A stretch of 64,000 bases of DNA from Sphagnum compactum (taxonomy: Eukaryota), in NCBI GenBank assembly GCA_965153455.1, contig OZ234494.1, positions 11,532,001 through 11,596,000 on the forward strand, in the 5' to 3' direction. The notes beneath the pieces were generated by a model, which ran no database searches, was not told the DNA's origin, and saw only the letters and a program-made list of their open reading frames with translations. This document shows positions 1 to 14,600 of this stretch, in pieces (position 1 is the first letter of the stretch; each line of letters starts with the position of its first letter). The position numbers and the translations under genes were made by a program.

Positions 1-917
1 AAAGTGCCAATTTGTACATACAGCACCTATCAAGAAGAATAATAATGAATTGAAGTTTGTTAATTAAGTTTGATTTAAGTGTCTATTCTGTGATAGTAGA
101 TTTTTTCAGTGTCCACTGTGTTTTTCCCAGCAAAAATTTGCCAGTTTGACAAAACAAAAAATATTGGAAAAAAAAAGGGAAAAAAAGAGAAAAAAAAGAA
201 AGAAAAAAAGAAGAAAAAAGAACAAAGAAAAAGAGAAAAACATTGATACTGGCTGTGAAGAAAACACCTTGAAAACAAATGAAAAACTAAAACTAGAAAT
301 CTCCACAGAAAAACCCAACTGGGCTGGGCTGGGACTTGGTGCTAAGAGAGATCTATCGGCCACCAGTGCACCATTAGGGAAGGATGGTGAGCGGACATCC
401 ACTTTTCCATTGGGTTCCCGCTTCATAGCTAAGCAGGTCAGTTAGCTCAGTTTATGGTTTGAACTACCTATGTACTAACAACCCACTTGTCCTATGTACA
501 GCTATTGCCATGCATCCACAAGAAGTCTGAATTTCACACAATCCGTAAGGGCAAGAGGATCATTAGTTAAGTTTATGCATGAATTGTAATTGACTGCTGT
601 ACTTCACCTGTAGTTGCAGTAGCAAGTCTGCTTACTGCTCTGGGGAGAACACATTTTTTGGACTTTATACAAACATTTAAGAAGAGCAATAAACATACGA
701 ATGCATGGAGAGTTTAATTAGTGGAAGGAACCATGCCATCGAGCTCCAATCCCCTTGGGCTCTGGCACTATTCCACATTTAAACTTGTCCATCATGTTGA
801 GTTCACTACCTAACTTCCATAATGGAACTTTACCTTATAGCAGAAGCCCCCTCTTTCCATTCTGGAACTATGCAACTTTGAGGTTGCCATCTTGGATAAC
901 TTGGATTTGTCATGCTG

Positions 918-2687
918 TTATTCGTCATCACCATCACTGCCAACTTGGTCCCCATCTATCATTTTTTCTCTACTCATAACAAAAACCGATGCAGGCAATA
1001 AGTGAAGAGTTTCAACCCAGAGCAAAAAAGCCCAGAATCTTTGCCATTAATCTTGGATCAGATGAAATTTTACGTTTTTGTCATCTCCAGTGCATGAATT
1101 TTGTGGCTTAACTGATTCCAATATGTTTATATACTCTGTGCATTACAGGTTCTAACCTGATGGAGATGAATAGACCGTTACTTCCAATTATTTTCCATAC
1201 AAAAAAGAGCATAGAACAGGCTCCAATGGACAATTGCAAAAAAATCAACATTGCACTAATTTGGTGGCATGGCTTACCGCTCAAGAATGAACTTGCCTTC
1301 CTTGTACTTCTGACTTTTCTCATATGCCGATTCCTGCCAGGATCAAAAAAAACATATTTCCAAATATGAGCTACACCCACTCATGTAACAAAACCTAGTT
1401 TAGGAGGGAACTGCAACAGAAATGAAGAAAATTTGAGGGAAAATGTTTCTTGGAGGAGAAAATACATATTTCCAGCCAACAATCCGCTGGCAACAGTTGC
1501 AGAAAATGTCAGCCACAGTGTGCTTTCCCGTTGTCATCATTCGATCTTCTTGACGCCCAACTGATACATTCACCCTGCACAATTTTTAATTTACAGCTAT
1601 CAAATTGTGAGTGCTGAGTTAAGCCCTCCAATTCTGCAATACGCCTGGCTCCTAAAAGATGCCAACTACAAAGTGTTAATACATTTTTCAACCATGATAA
1701 TCTTCCACCCTGATTAAATTGCAGATGCAATTCTGTTGGACTCTACTCCTTACAAACCTACTTGAGCAGAGATGGACTATCCAAAGTCCTGTTGAGAAGC
1801 CATAATGAGGGTGTGAAAGTGCTCACACTTTATCAAAAAGGTAGGCCTTTCCATATCGGCAGTGAAATGACTGATACAGAGCAATGCACAAAGTGAGTTC
1901 AAACACAGCATGATGACAAGCTGTGAAGCAATAGAAATCAAGAGAAAAACTGAATTCAGGAAGCTGATGAACCATTATCTACTCAGATTGGCAAGAATAG
2001 CAAGACCTTGTTGTGGTCACTCAAAAGCCACTAATTCTGTAACACATAAGAGGAAGGGACTGGTGTCAAAGGTGTTTGACAAGGTTTGTTGCAAAACATT
2101 TCACAACCCTCACCAGAAACAGTTTAGAACCCTGTGTACATAGAGAGAGGAAAAAAAAACTCTGAAGTGCAGTCCAGATGAAATTAGAGTCTTTGAGCTT
2201 TTGTAAAGGTCACATTTTTTACACACACTGACGATGGACAGTTAAGAAGTGATTTGACAATCTGGTATATAGTGACAGTTAAAAGACCCTAGAGTAAGAC
2301 TAACTATATAATACAACATCATTTCCATTCTAGAATGCTGATGAATTCTGTTGTCTGCCAACCTAATAGATTAGGGTTTTACAAGGTCCACTAAGAGACA
2401 ACTGTGTAGTGTGCACCTGTCTATCACCAATCAGAATTATACTATTCACCATCATACCTCTAAGACAACACAGTTGAGGCATGTTTGTGGATACTAGAAT
2501 GGTAGCACATAAAAATCCTTTCGTCATATCCCTTCTTGATTGGTCATAGAAAAGCCAGCCTTAGTAGTGATATGAAAGGGCTGGACAGTACCTTGGAGAT
2601 GAGATCTTCACAGTTGGCCAAATGGCTCCGACAATAGCGACAGCTATAGATACGGCCATCTAGCTGTATCAAATACAGTCGGCCCAT
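918..2687 (-). CDS. Yippee-like (YPEL/Mis18-fold) zinc-binding protein, 118 aa, 5 coding exons: 2592-2687, 1827-1870, 1466-1574, 1278-1333, 918-969
   Basis: Manual splicing uses only GT-AG introns with consistent phases and gives [118 protein letters not shown]. It has two CxxC pairs, GKAYLF, TGxHTVADIxC, GWKY and [11 protein letters not shown], all Yippee hallmarks. Confidence 0.95.
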
Positions 2688-4620
2688 CTTCAACTTCACT
2701 TTTTTTTCTAGAACTCTGATCTTGACACTTGTATACTGTCAGAACTCCTCAGACCTGGTGGCGGCAAGTTTCACCAAAATTTCTTAACTTGTCGGTGGAA
2801 GAAATGACATCCTGGAAACCCATGCACCATCTGCTGGGAGGAAGCAAAAGTCATGCATTCAGGGACCCTACTAGTAAAATGATTCTACAGATCTTGATAA
2901 GACAATGCCAATGATAACCATGAGTAAATGCAACACTTCCCCATCACAAATCTCTACTTCAACACTCAGAAATTTTGGTCTGTAGATGACTCCAAAACTA
3001 TTACATGACAGCAAAAGATGTAACTCCAGGGTTAGGGCTTGTTCAATAGACAGAGCCAAACCCAAAAGATGAAACAACTACAGAGCCTGAGCAACATCAT
3101 GAGAGAAAACCATATACAGAAAAAGAAAGATAGTGCACTTGTGTTTCACACACTCCATGACTGCAACTACAGTTGTGGCAAGCATCAGAGACATAATGGT
3201 AATCGAGGCAAACTAGTCTTCATGATAAGCTTCTGGTTCATCCTAATCAGTTTCACTTGCTCTGTAGATTGTCCTATCATAAATGAGGACCATGAATGAA
3301 GCCTATCAAGGAATGCCTTGCTCTATCCAGAAAATCACAATCCAAGAACATTCAATCCCAAAAGCACTGTTGCTAATTGATTGTTGTCAACAGGCAACAA
3401 GATGTATCCACATCTCATGACAAAGACACAATGACCAAGGATTGTAGATATGATGCTGACAGTGTGTATTAAAAAGTCAGCTGCTGGTACTGACCATTCC
3501 AACAATTGATCATAGATATCAATCTAGTCTGAATGATAACAATTCCTTGACATCTGAACACCAGAATTTCCAACTGCCTAAAGAAAATGTCCACAACAAA
3601 AAGTCATCATTGAATCCAAGTGAAAAATACATAGTTATTGGTCCCATGCATATTGTCCTGAAGATTCACAACAAGAACATCCATCTGAACATCCATCAGA
3701 TCGATTTGATTTTGAAAAGCAAAAAAGAAGAGGTTCAAACCATTTGTATGAAAAGAAAATGCATCCTACTTTTGATATGACAGGGTGAGATAGAAGGATC
3801 CAAGTGAAAGAGAGATTCACACATAATGAGAACGATATCCTTTCATGACGGAGACATCAAGAGGGAAAGAAAAAGCCGGTGCACCCAGGAATCGCATACT
3901 GAAATACAGTGATGAGATCGATAGGTGAAAAAGAACCTGCTAAAACCATGTTCCACCGCTGCAATTCGCAACCCTGTGTAAGTGTGCACCCCTTCATGGC
4001 TCCTCTTCTTCTTCGCGTAACCCTCTGTTTTTCAATCCTGTACAGATATCGGTTTCATATGAGAAAATAAAACAGGAAAAGCAACGCAAAGTAGCCTAGG
4101 CCTTTACAGTTTACGACATTCTGAAGCCTGAGAAAGAAAAACAAGTAACCACGAAACTCGCTAACAAAACACTGGAGTACACTTCACCCCCCAAAAAAAG
4201 AACCATTACGTGAACGTAAGCGAGAAGAAAGGAAAAAAGGAATTAGAGAAAAGAGAAAAGAGAGAGCGGGAAAAAACACGGGAACAAGGCCATGACTGAT
4301 TTCCACAAATCGAAGAGGTAGAAGATTTACAAATTGAGGGGGGGGAAAAGAAAAAAAGGACAAAAAGAAAGAGCACCGTCAATTGAAGGGAATGCGATGT
4401 CCAGCGAAGTCACAAATCCGAGATGCGTCTGGTGTAAGGCTACTGCTTCTTTCTTCTACGTCTCCGATTGCAGCAGCATCCTCTTGTTACCTGCAGCGTT
4501 TTGCACAGGATTCGACGCTACCCTCGGCAAGCAAGCAAACCCGAAGCGAAGCGAAGCAAAGCACGCGCGCACACAAACACACACAAAAGGGCAGTCCTAT
4601 TCTGTCTGGCACACAAACAC
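2688..4620 (-). other. Probable intron-containing 5' UTR / promoter-proximal region of the Yippee-like gene
   Basis: Minus-strand donor CTGCAG|GTAACA at about 4491/4490, an acceptor CACCAG| near 2756, and a GC-richer first-exon-like stretch at 4400-4620. Exact UTR exons cannot be resolved. Confidence 0.45.
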
Positions 4621-4669
4621 ACAGCAAAGCGTCCTGAGACCTATTCACACGCATCCACAAAATAGCCCC

Positions 4670-6600
4670 TCATCCATCATCCCATCTAGGTACTATCCAA
4701 TCACATCCATGCACCAATTTCATGGCCACAAATTATTGTTGTTTTTATTGGGCTATGCCATTAGGTCAAAGGATTATGCATGAATCACTTGGGTTTGCAA
4801 CACCTTAATTTGCTAAAACTCACCTCGACCAAATATGATCAGAAAATAGGTCATTTTTATTAGCCCGCCATCCATCCCATATAGGTATTATTCAATCATG
4901 TACATGTACCAATTTCATGGTTGCAAATAATTCTTATTTTTATTGGACTATGCCATTAGGTCAAGGATTATGCATGAATCACTTGGGTTTGCAACACCTT
5001 AATTTGCTAAAACTCACCTCGACCAAATATGATTAGAAAATACATCCATCCCATATAATTATTATCCAATCATGTACATGCATCCATTTCATGGTTGCAA
5101 ATTATTCTTATTTTTATTGGACTATGCTTTTAGGTCAAGGATTATGCAATCACTTGGGTTTGCAACACCTTAATTTATTTACAACTCACCTTGACCAAAT
5201 ATGATTAAAAAATACATCCATCCCATATAGTTATTATCCAATCATGTACATGCATCCATTTCATGGTTGCAAATTATTCTTATTTGTATTGGACTATGCC
5301 TTTAGGTCAAGGATTATGTATTCACTTGGGTTTACAACGCCTTAATTTGTTAAAACTTGCCTTGACCAAATATGATTGGAAAATAAGTCATTTTTATTTG
5401 CATGCCTTCCATTTCATATGACGCACCCCCAAGCTCCTTGATGGACTCAACTGCGAGTCCAAAGGTGAAGACAGCGGAAGGAAAAGGAGTTGAGGCGCGC
5501 TCCTTGGCTCGAAACATTTCAGGGGTAGAGGGGCGTGCTAGAGCTCCGGGATGGGGACTATAAAGATTAATAAGCAAGTCAATTACTCACATGGACTTGC
5601 ACAAACCAAACCACAAGTTGATTAGTGCATAGCTGGAACACTTTTGATGCATGGACAAGCCACGGGCAAACACGGACTCATAAGACTCACCACAGCCCGG
5701 ACTTGGGGGAAGCCACCACTTTCTCCCTTATAGTATACTATGTGCCTAGCCACGGGGCCAACACCCAAATGTCATTTTGTCCCGGGACTCCCAAGTGGGA
5801 GTCCCGAAATTCTCAAAATTGGGACTCTCACAATTTTGGAGGCCCATAACTTTGTGTGTAGACCTCCGATTGAAGTGAGGTCTGAAGAAAAGTTGTAGCC
5901 CTCGTCGAGATCTTTTCAACAATATGTGGCATGCCACCTCCACGCAAGGAAATCAGGGCGATTCTCGACTTTTAGTGGCCGGGAGTCAAATTGACAATTT
6001 TATTCCCGACCCTTCTTTTGGCCATAACTTGTGTTTTAATTACCCAAATTAATCATGTGAGCCCATTTTAGACATCTAAGTTACAAAAGCTTTCCAATGA
6101 TATAAATAACTCTTCAATCCAATGGGTTTTGACCCCTACAATCACTCTCTGAAAATTCGGAAGTCCATTGAGACTCCAACTCCCAAAGTGGGAGCACTTG
6201 GGAGTGTGGAGGTTCATTCCCTCACACTCTCTCACACTCCCGGGAGCATGAAATGTGACTCCTGATCTTCACTCTTGGCCCGCACCTTCGTAAGCCCTTG
6301 CCTTGGTCGCGAGCCCAAGGCTAGGGTTGCGACACTATATGTATTATCCGATCATGTACATGCACAAATTTCATGGTCATAAATTATTCTTATTTTTATT
6401 GGACTATGCCTTTCGGTCAAGGATTATGCATTCACTTGGGTCTACAACACTTTAATTTGCTAAAATTTGCCTCTACCAAATATGATTAGAAATAGGTCAT
6501 TTTTTATTAACCCATCATCCGTTTTGGATATATTGTCCAATCATGCGTATGCACCAATTCTATGGCCACAAATCATTTTTATTATTTTGATTGGGCCTTG
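4670..6600. repeat. Tandem array of ~175-200-bp units (about 5-6 copies, plus a partial copy near 6890-6980), interrupted by the element at 5419-6334
   Basis: A unit like CATCCATCCCATATAGGTATTATCCAATCATGTACATG...GGACTATGCC..TAGGTCAAGGATTATGCAT...CACTTGGGTTTGCAACACCTTAATTTGCTAAAACTC...GACCAAATATGATTAGAAAATA recurs at about 4670, 4869, 5043 and 5215 and resumes at 6336. Confidence 0.9.
5419..6334. mobile_element. ~0.9-kb solo-LTR-like dispersed element, copy 1
   Basis: TGACGCA...TGCGACA termini (TG..CA, imperfect inverted ends). Homologous to 7842-8640 and, inverted, to 36253-37202. Flanks TCATA/CTATA are compatible with a decayed CCATA TSD. Confidence 0.8.
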
Positions 6601-7841
6601 CTTTTATTTTGGTTTGAAACCAAAGTGGCAATCATCCATAGGAAGATGTAGAAAATTTGACAATTGTCCTTAGGGAGATTTAGCCAAATCTAGCTATAGG
6701 AAATACAATATTTCAATCATCTTTTTAAAATTTTGCTTACACATTGAAAATCAAATATAAAAATTTGATGAATTTCACTCTATTTTTTGTCACTTTTTGC
6801 TACTGAAAATCTCCAAAATCACATAATTTTCATATTCTTAATTTTTAATTTAGATTTTTGGCAAAATTTTCCCAAGAAAAGAGACGTTGATGCTTTCAAA
6901 TCAAAGATTATGCATTCACTTAGGTTTACAACACCTTAATTTGCTAAAACTAGCATTGACCACGTATGATTACAAATAAGTGTTCTTCAACTATCATTCA
7001 AACATTAAAGGTTTCTAACCTTGTGGCTTAATGTGATTGGTCTTCCACTTATTGGTCACCTTGTTCACAATGTACCATTTTAGTTGGGTTTCCTACCTTT
7101 CACCCATGTAGCCATGTGAATGGATGGAACCATAAATCATCTAGGTAGATGAGTCAAACATGCATTTGATTTTTTTCATATTCTAGTTTTAGTTGTTGGA
7201 TACGCTCAATTAATCATTCATTCACCTGATGATTAATATTTGGTAGATTAGTCTCAAACTTCTAAACATTAGATTTATGTTTGGTAAACAATTCAAGGTT
7301 GTGAATTATTGGAAATATCTTTGACATTGTCACATTGCAACCATTTCTTGTAGTAAAAAAATAGTAAATTGTTTCTTTATGTTTTCCATTTAGATTTCTA
7401 ATTTTATGCAATTGAATATCTCTGAAGTCATACTTCCTAATATGAAACTAAACAAACACAACACACAATGCTAAATTCTAATATGTATTACATTTTCAAA
7501 ACACATGTTGACAAGTTCACTTTCCATATCAAAAGTACAAATCCAAAATGAAATCCATGCTCATTTCTTACTTTGGAACCATAGAACTACAAAATCAAAA
7601 CGTACATGAAGAATACATGATAAATATCAAGAAATAACTCAAGAAATATGTACCAAAATTTTTCGTTTCAAAAATTATAATTCAAAATTAATAGCCAATT
7701 ATAATCTAACTAGTATTCAAATTAATGTTTTTACTTCTTATTATGCTAGTGATTCCCTTAACAAACCCTTAGCATTACCCCCCCTTAATTGAATTACATC
7801 TTTGAAATTCTTACTAATTATCAAGGGAAATATATGCTTAT

Positions 7842-8640
7842 TAACGCGTTCCCAAGTCCCTAGTTAGCCCCAAGTTGGGCTAACTTATTCAAATTGCGGA
7901 AAAGGGAGGGACTCGGGGCACGCTCCCAGCCTTCAGCACTAAGAGGGGTAGAGGGTCGTGCTGAAGCCTCGGGATGGACTAGGAAGAGTGACAAGCTTTT
8001 CACCTACTCAAATTTGCATCAAAACAAACCACAAGTTGGTTATACCACTTTTTGGATCACTTTGGTGCTAGGACAAGCCATGGGCAACCTTGGACTCACT
8101 TGACTCACCACGGCCCGGACTCCGGGGAAACCACCACCTTCCCCCATATAGTATTCTCTGCAACTCTCCGCCGAGGCTACATCCGAATGGCACTTTTTCC
8201 CGGGACTCCCAAGGAGGAGTCCCGAAATTGTCCTAGTTTCGACTCCCGGGACTTTGGGAGCTCATATCTCCCAGCTCAGACCTCCGATTGGAGTGAGGTC
8301 TCAACCAAAGTTGTAGCTCTCCTCAAGAGCTTGTCACCTGCACACACCGGGATCAAGTTGATTCCTGACTTTTTGTGGTCGGGAGTCAAATTGCCAGTTT
8401 GACTCTCGGCCCTTCTTTTGCCCATAACTTGGGCTGCAAATGTCCAAATGGCCCATGCAAGGCCATTTTCGGCATCTACACTTCAAGACCTTTCCACTGA
8501 TATAAAGAACACCTCAATGCAAGGTGTTTTGACCCCTGAAATTGAGCTCTGAGTTTTCGGGAGTCCCGGAGGACTTCAAGTCCCCAATTTTGGGAGTGTG
8601 AGTTGCATCCTCACACTTTGCCCAAAGTGGGGTTGCGACA
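7842..8640. mobile_element. Solo-LTR-like dispersed element, copy 2
   Basis: TAACGCG...GTTGCGACA termini, perfect 5-bp TSD CTTAT (7837-7841 / 8641-8645), colinear with copy 1. Confidence 0.85.
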
Positions 8641-8695
8641 CTTATCCAAAAATAGTAAAATTTACAATTGTGTCCATAACTTGATTTTGTTATTA

Positions 8696-11600
8696 CACTA
8701 GTTGCATGTGTTGTTATTCAAAAGCATGTTGATCTTTAACCTTCGCAACTTGTTGCATATTTAAAGTTATTTATGAACTCTTTGGATATTTGCTCTTTGT
8801 GTAAAGACTTGTTCTTCTCATGTTGTATCTTCAACTTGTGGTCTCTCTTTAATTAGTTGGAACATGTAGAACTATGTGTTCAAATTGTGATGTGGATATT
8901 AAAGACCTCTCAAGTATTTGTTCTTATGATTTAGTAAGTTATGTGTTTTGAACTTCATGTCATTTTTTCAGGTTGAACGATTGTAATTTGGTTAGTTATG
9001 GTGCAAGTTTTGTACTTGTTTTCAAATAGCTCCTCCATGGATGTTTGTTAGATCACTTGTTTCATGTTTTGGCAATAATGGTATTTTAGGCAATGTTTAT
9101 ACCTATTCATTTGGTCCTACTTCCTCCTCACTTGGATTGGCTTATTAGTGTTTTGGGTTTAGAATGGAAAACATGTAATTAAAATATAAAAATGTAGACT
9201 AATAAGCTTTAAACTTATGTTTGTACATGTCTTCATCTACATGATAAGTTTTCATTGTCTTGGCTATGTATTACTACAACATATAAATTCTACCAATTCG
9301 CACCCTTCTATTGAGTCTATTCCATGTAATATTATACAAGGGCATATTTCTTGAGCTTGGGAAAGCTGTAATTTCAAGCTTTATTTCATCATACTCACAA
9401 AGCCTATGGTATGAAAAATATCGTTCCGTATATTTTATCCTTGCCACAGCCATGTGTAATTTGTTTTGTCATTTTGCACTACATGTACCTATCGTCTTGA
9501 TTTTGCCTTCGTCTTGTCTTTTTTCAATTTAACTTCACTACATATTGAACATACAAGTACAAATCCCTTTGCAAATATTCAATTTGCTTTTTTTGTTGGG
9601 TCAATAAGGATCCTCCATAAACTTACATTTATTTTTTGCGGATTACATGATTAGCCACTACCTCATCATTCTATGGAGGTTGGGATATTATAAAGGTTTT
9701 TGGACATGATTTTCAAGATGTTAGAACCTTAAAAAAGGTGATGACAAAATTATTTGACAATATTGGGATTTGTCATTGATTTAGGTTTGGATCACTCAAA
9801 GAAATCATGTCATACTTAACTAGTCATCATGCATATGTGTGTAATTAATTGGCATTTACAATTAAATCAGGCATGCTTGCAATTACAAAATTGACATCGT
9901 ATAATTTTCAAGTTATATGGTTGTGTGTGTAATGAACATGCAATTAATGGTGTACAAAATCGACACATGTCATAAAAATAATGGCCTAAACTAGTATAGT
10001 TCTCATTGCCCAAGTGTTTGTTTTGGAATTGGAAAAAAAAAAAACCAATGAGAGTTGAAGAAAAAAACTTGCATACTTATAAAACATTTTTTTCTTTTTT
10101 CTTCTATTTGGACCCCTCCTACTTTCAAAGCTCATAACTTTCTCATTTCTTCTTCATCTTAAATGATTTAAAGTGCTACAAGAGCACCACCTTAATTTTT
10201 ACAAATACTCTCTGAACTATAGTAACAATAGAACAACATACAAGGAATTTTTTGGGTGTTCAAAAACTGGTTGTGATTTGTTGTTTTGAATTCTTGACCC
10301 CCCTACTTTGAAGGGCCATAACTTTCTTATTTCTAATATGTTTTTGATGATTTTTAATGCCTCAAATGCACCAAGAGGAAGGGTTCAACATCTGCTTGGA
10401 CATAAGAAAAAAAAGAACCTTCCCCTTGGATCTAGACAACCCTAAGCGCTTAAGTGTACTAAAACCAACCTAGTTACCTTAATGAAAGTTCCAAAAAAAA
10501 CCTAGTTAAAAAAAAACCAATAAAAGTTCAAAACAAAACCTAGCTAAAAAAAAATGTAACTAAAGTTAACATGGTGGAGAAATAAAAGAAGAAATATCTT
10601 GGTAAAGGGAAAATAAATAAATAAAGGAAAATAGTTTTTAAGCACCTGCAATTGTAAAAAGCACGTGTGGTGGTGGCTTCCAAATTCCATAAGCTTGTCT
10701 CCTCATGTTATTCATGTTCATTTTCCTTAACACCATATGACCATAATGTGCTTAATAATTTTTTTAAAAAATTGTAATGAAAAGAAGAAGAAAAAAACTT
10801 GAACATGATTATAAAAAAAACAACTTAACAATAACCCCAAAATGAAAAACGTGAAATTCCTCACATGCAAAAGGCACGACGCACTCACTCAAAAAAATTC
10901 ATGAATTGGTATTAAACTACATGATTTAAACTTCTAAACAGAAGTTGGGCCTAAAAAAAGTAAAATAAAACAAAACAAACTACAAAAAAGGAGAAAGAAA
11001 TCAAAGTAGAGCACAAAGAAAGTTCAATGTGAATGACAATGTTATATAAGGGCAATCCTTTCATCCATGGATGGATGAAGTATGTGGTTATAGTTGGGAT
11101 GTCTACTAATTTTCAACTATGCAAGTTGACATTGTTTCAAGTAGTTTTCAATTATAATTCAGCTTTGAATTTCTTGCCAACACATTGTTGCCATTGTTAT
11201 ATGTCATACCATTTGTTCATCCATATTATTTGGCACATTAAATCATTCATTCATTCATTCATATTATATGCCACATTAAATTCATTCATTCATAATTAAT
11301 TAATTATAGTATTAAATATATTAGATGACATTTAATGGCATAAATGGACTCATTTATAAATGAATGACATCTTATGATACAATTTAAAACATTATAAATG
11401 GTACAACTTTAGTTTTTTTGCATTTTAATGAATATGTAAAATGCCATGAAACTATATACCAATTATTTTATACCACAAAATTGAACCCTTGCTCAGCTAA
11501 AGTAGTTTGCTTAGCCTAGTTAGCTATCCTAGCCTAAGTCTAATTACCTTCCTTACCTAACTTAAAGCCTATGTAGACCTAGGTAGGTAGTAATAGGTTA

Positions 11601-14600
11601 AGTATATGTAGGTTGTGAATCATGACACCATGATTAAACAAAAATCATGTAGGTACCTACCTAAAAGCCTTTCCTAGTTACCTAGTTACTTAATACCTAT
11701 CTACCTATACCTAATTAGTTTAAGTAACCTACTTACCTACATTTGACCTAACATATATACCTATTACTTACCTAAGGACCTCCTATTGCATCTAAGTAGA
11801 CAATAAGTAGGTAGTCATAACTTGCCTTGCCTTGCCACCCCATTTAGATTTAGCTTCATTAGTTATTCAACCTAGCTACTTAAGTAGCTTACATGCTTCA
11901 ATAGCTATCTAGGTAGGTTGTAGGTTAAGCAAATACACTTGTTGCAAATTACTTCTAGGTACTTGTAGGTAGGTAGGTCATACTTTGTAGGTTAGGTAGG
12001 TACTTATTACATATATTACCAAGGTAGTTATAAGTAGGTGATAAATTCTAGGTTAAACAAATTTAGATTATAGCATAGGTGATTAGATCTGTTTTTGTTA
12101 CGTACTTCAAAAAACAAGTTGTTTCCACAAAGGACGGACGGGTTATTTCCATAAAAGATAGGTTGCTTCCAAAGAAGTTAACATGGCAAGCATAATCTTG
12201 CATGGAGAGAATTCCTTTTGGAATGCCACCACAATGGATTAACAATTTTTTAAGCCTAAAGGTTAAAAAATCTCTCTAATCAAGGAAGGCCTTTCAAAAC
12301 TAGTCTATTTGAATTTTAGAGAAACATAGTTTTGGTATTCAAAAGCTTCTTGAAAACCTCTACCTGCAAAAGTGGCAAAAAAGAAACAAAACATATCCTT
12401 TCCCTTTCTATAAAAGTTCCTTTGCCCAAAAAGAAAAGACTAAAGAAGAACACACAGTTCTTCTTCTTCTTCTTCTCCTTCTCTGGAACACAAATTATGT
12501 GTGGGCATGGCATGTTGCATGCGGAATTATGGTGTGGATGAATCGTAAAGCTGGTTTTCTTCTTTGTGCTTCAATTCTATGACAATCCAAATCACCCTAA
12601 TTTCTACACTTTGTTTCAACACCTCAATTAAGATTTGAAATAAGAAGTGATGTGTCCGCATGTGGAGTCAACATTGTTGGCCACCCATACAAGCTGCCTC
12701 CACAATAACTTGAATATACAATGCTAAAGATGTACAATGTTTATCATGGGCATGATAAGCATACATATTTGGGGTTCTATAATTAAAAAATCCATCTAGA
12801 ATATAATAAATAATCATTACATATTTATAAGGACTTTAATGTAAAGTTTTGGTGAAAAGTACATTAAGGGTATATTAAAGGTGTAAACAAATGATTTTAA
12901 GTATATATATATTTTTTCAATCAATAATTATGGTACAATTAATTAATACTGATTAATTATTTAATTAATAGTAACTAGTTATCAATAGTTGATCATTATT
13001 TTTAATAGTTCATATTTTAAAAATCGGAATTAATAATATTTATTAAATATTTAGTCATTAATTAAATATTATTTATTTATTTATTTTATTACATAATTCA
13101 GAAATAAATTATATTAAAAATTAGATAATTGATATTAATTAATTTATAATTTATAATTTATAATTATATAAATAAGTCAAAATGTAACCACTCGATTTGC
13201 AACTATATGCAACATGTAGTCGTTTGTAACTAAGTTTGGGAGTATTCACAACTATAAGATCAAATTTTAATTATTTTGGTCATTCTTACAACTATGATGC
13301 AATTATTGAACATTTCATCCTATTGGTCCAATCGCTTTTAAGTTTATTTTTATCCACTAATATATTGATATGTCCTATTGATTACAATAATCATCAAATT
13401 AGTTATATCCTAAAAGTATTTTACAGTGACATAGGGGTGTATTTTTATGTATGTATTAAAATTATATTTATGAAATGTTACATATATATTAAATATATAT
13501 TTGTGTGTATATTAATTATGCATATGTATGTATATTGTTCATATAATAAATCTAAACATTATATTTCAATTCTGAAAACTAAATTATTTTAAAAACTAAT
13601 TTGAATTTGAAACTTGATAATTGAATCTGAAAATTGCTATTTCAATTCCTTAAAACATTATTTGAATTTGAAATTCTTTTAATTTGAATTTAAAAATATT
13701 ATTTGATCAATATATATATATTTGAATTCTAAAATATTATTTTCGATTCTAAAAATTAATAATTCAATTCTGAATTTTTAAAATTTAAAGTAAAAAAAAC
13801 CTATTTGATCTAAAAATATATATTTGGATTCTAAATTGTTTTTTTTTATTCTAAAAATTAATAATTCAATTCAGAAAATTATTCTAAACAAGAACGTTTC
13901 AATTTTGAATATCAGTATTTGAACTTGAAATGTCAATTATGAAATTTTTATTTAAATTCAAAAGACTTATTTGATCTAAAAATTGATGTTTGAATTCTGA
14001 ATTTTTTTGAATCTAAATTTAATATTTCAATTCAAAAAATTATTGATTTAATTGTAAGGTTTTTTTCTACTAATGTTATCCATAATAAATCACTTTTATA
14101 AATAATTATAAATGATTATAGTTCATAATTATAAGTCACACTAAATAATTATTGTTACAACATAGGTTTTTATATTATATAATTCATATTCTTACTATAA
14201 AAGAAATGAATTATTATAATTAATATTACATTACCTTAAAATCATTGTAATTATTTTATATAAGAATTAATCATAATATATGCATAATTATTTTCTAATT
14301 GAACATAAAAATTCACAGTATGTAATTTATAACTTTAAATCTGAATTAAAATTTTGGAAAAAATTATAATGTAGTTCAAATAATTATTGTAAGGATTGTA
14401 ATTTCAGGAATTATTTTAAAGTATTTTAGTTTTTAATTTCTCTAGTTTTGTAACTATTTGTCTATGATAATGTTTTAAAAATATTTTTATTGTAATTATA
14501 AAAATAGATGTTATGTTTAGTTAAATATTTTATTTATAGTTAATAATTACTAATAAAAAAATTATTTGACCTATCAAATTTTTAAAATAATTAATATAAT

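Noticed and set aside
75-445. Lys-rich and Phe-rich ORFs at the left edge
   Set aside because: Artefacts of an A-rich low-complexity tract (about 150-240) downstream of the Yippee gene.
4670-5418. Regularly spaced repeats that might suggest a CRISPR array
   Set aside because: Whole ~175-bp units repeat with no unique spacers, the context is eukaryotic, and there are no cas genes.
5350-8402. ORFs inside the 0.9-kb elements (also 36501-37219)
   Set aside because: Frames are not conserved between copies; these are non-coding repeat sequence.
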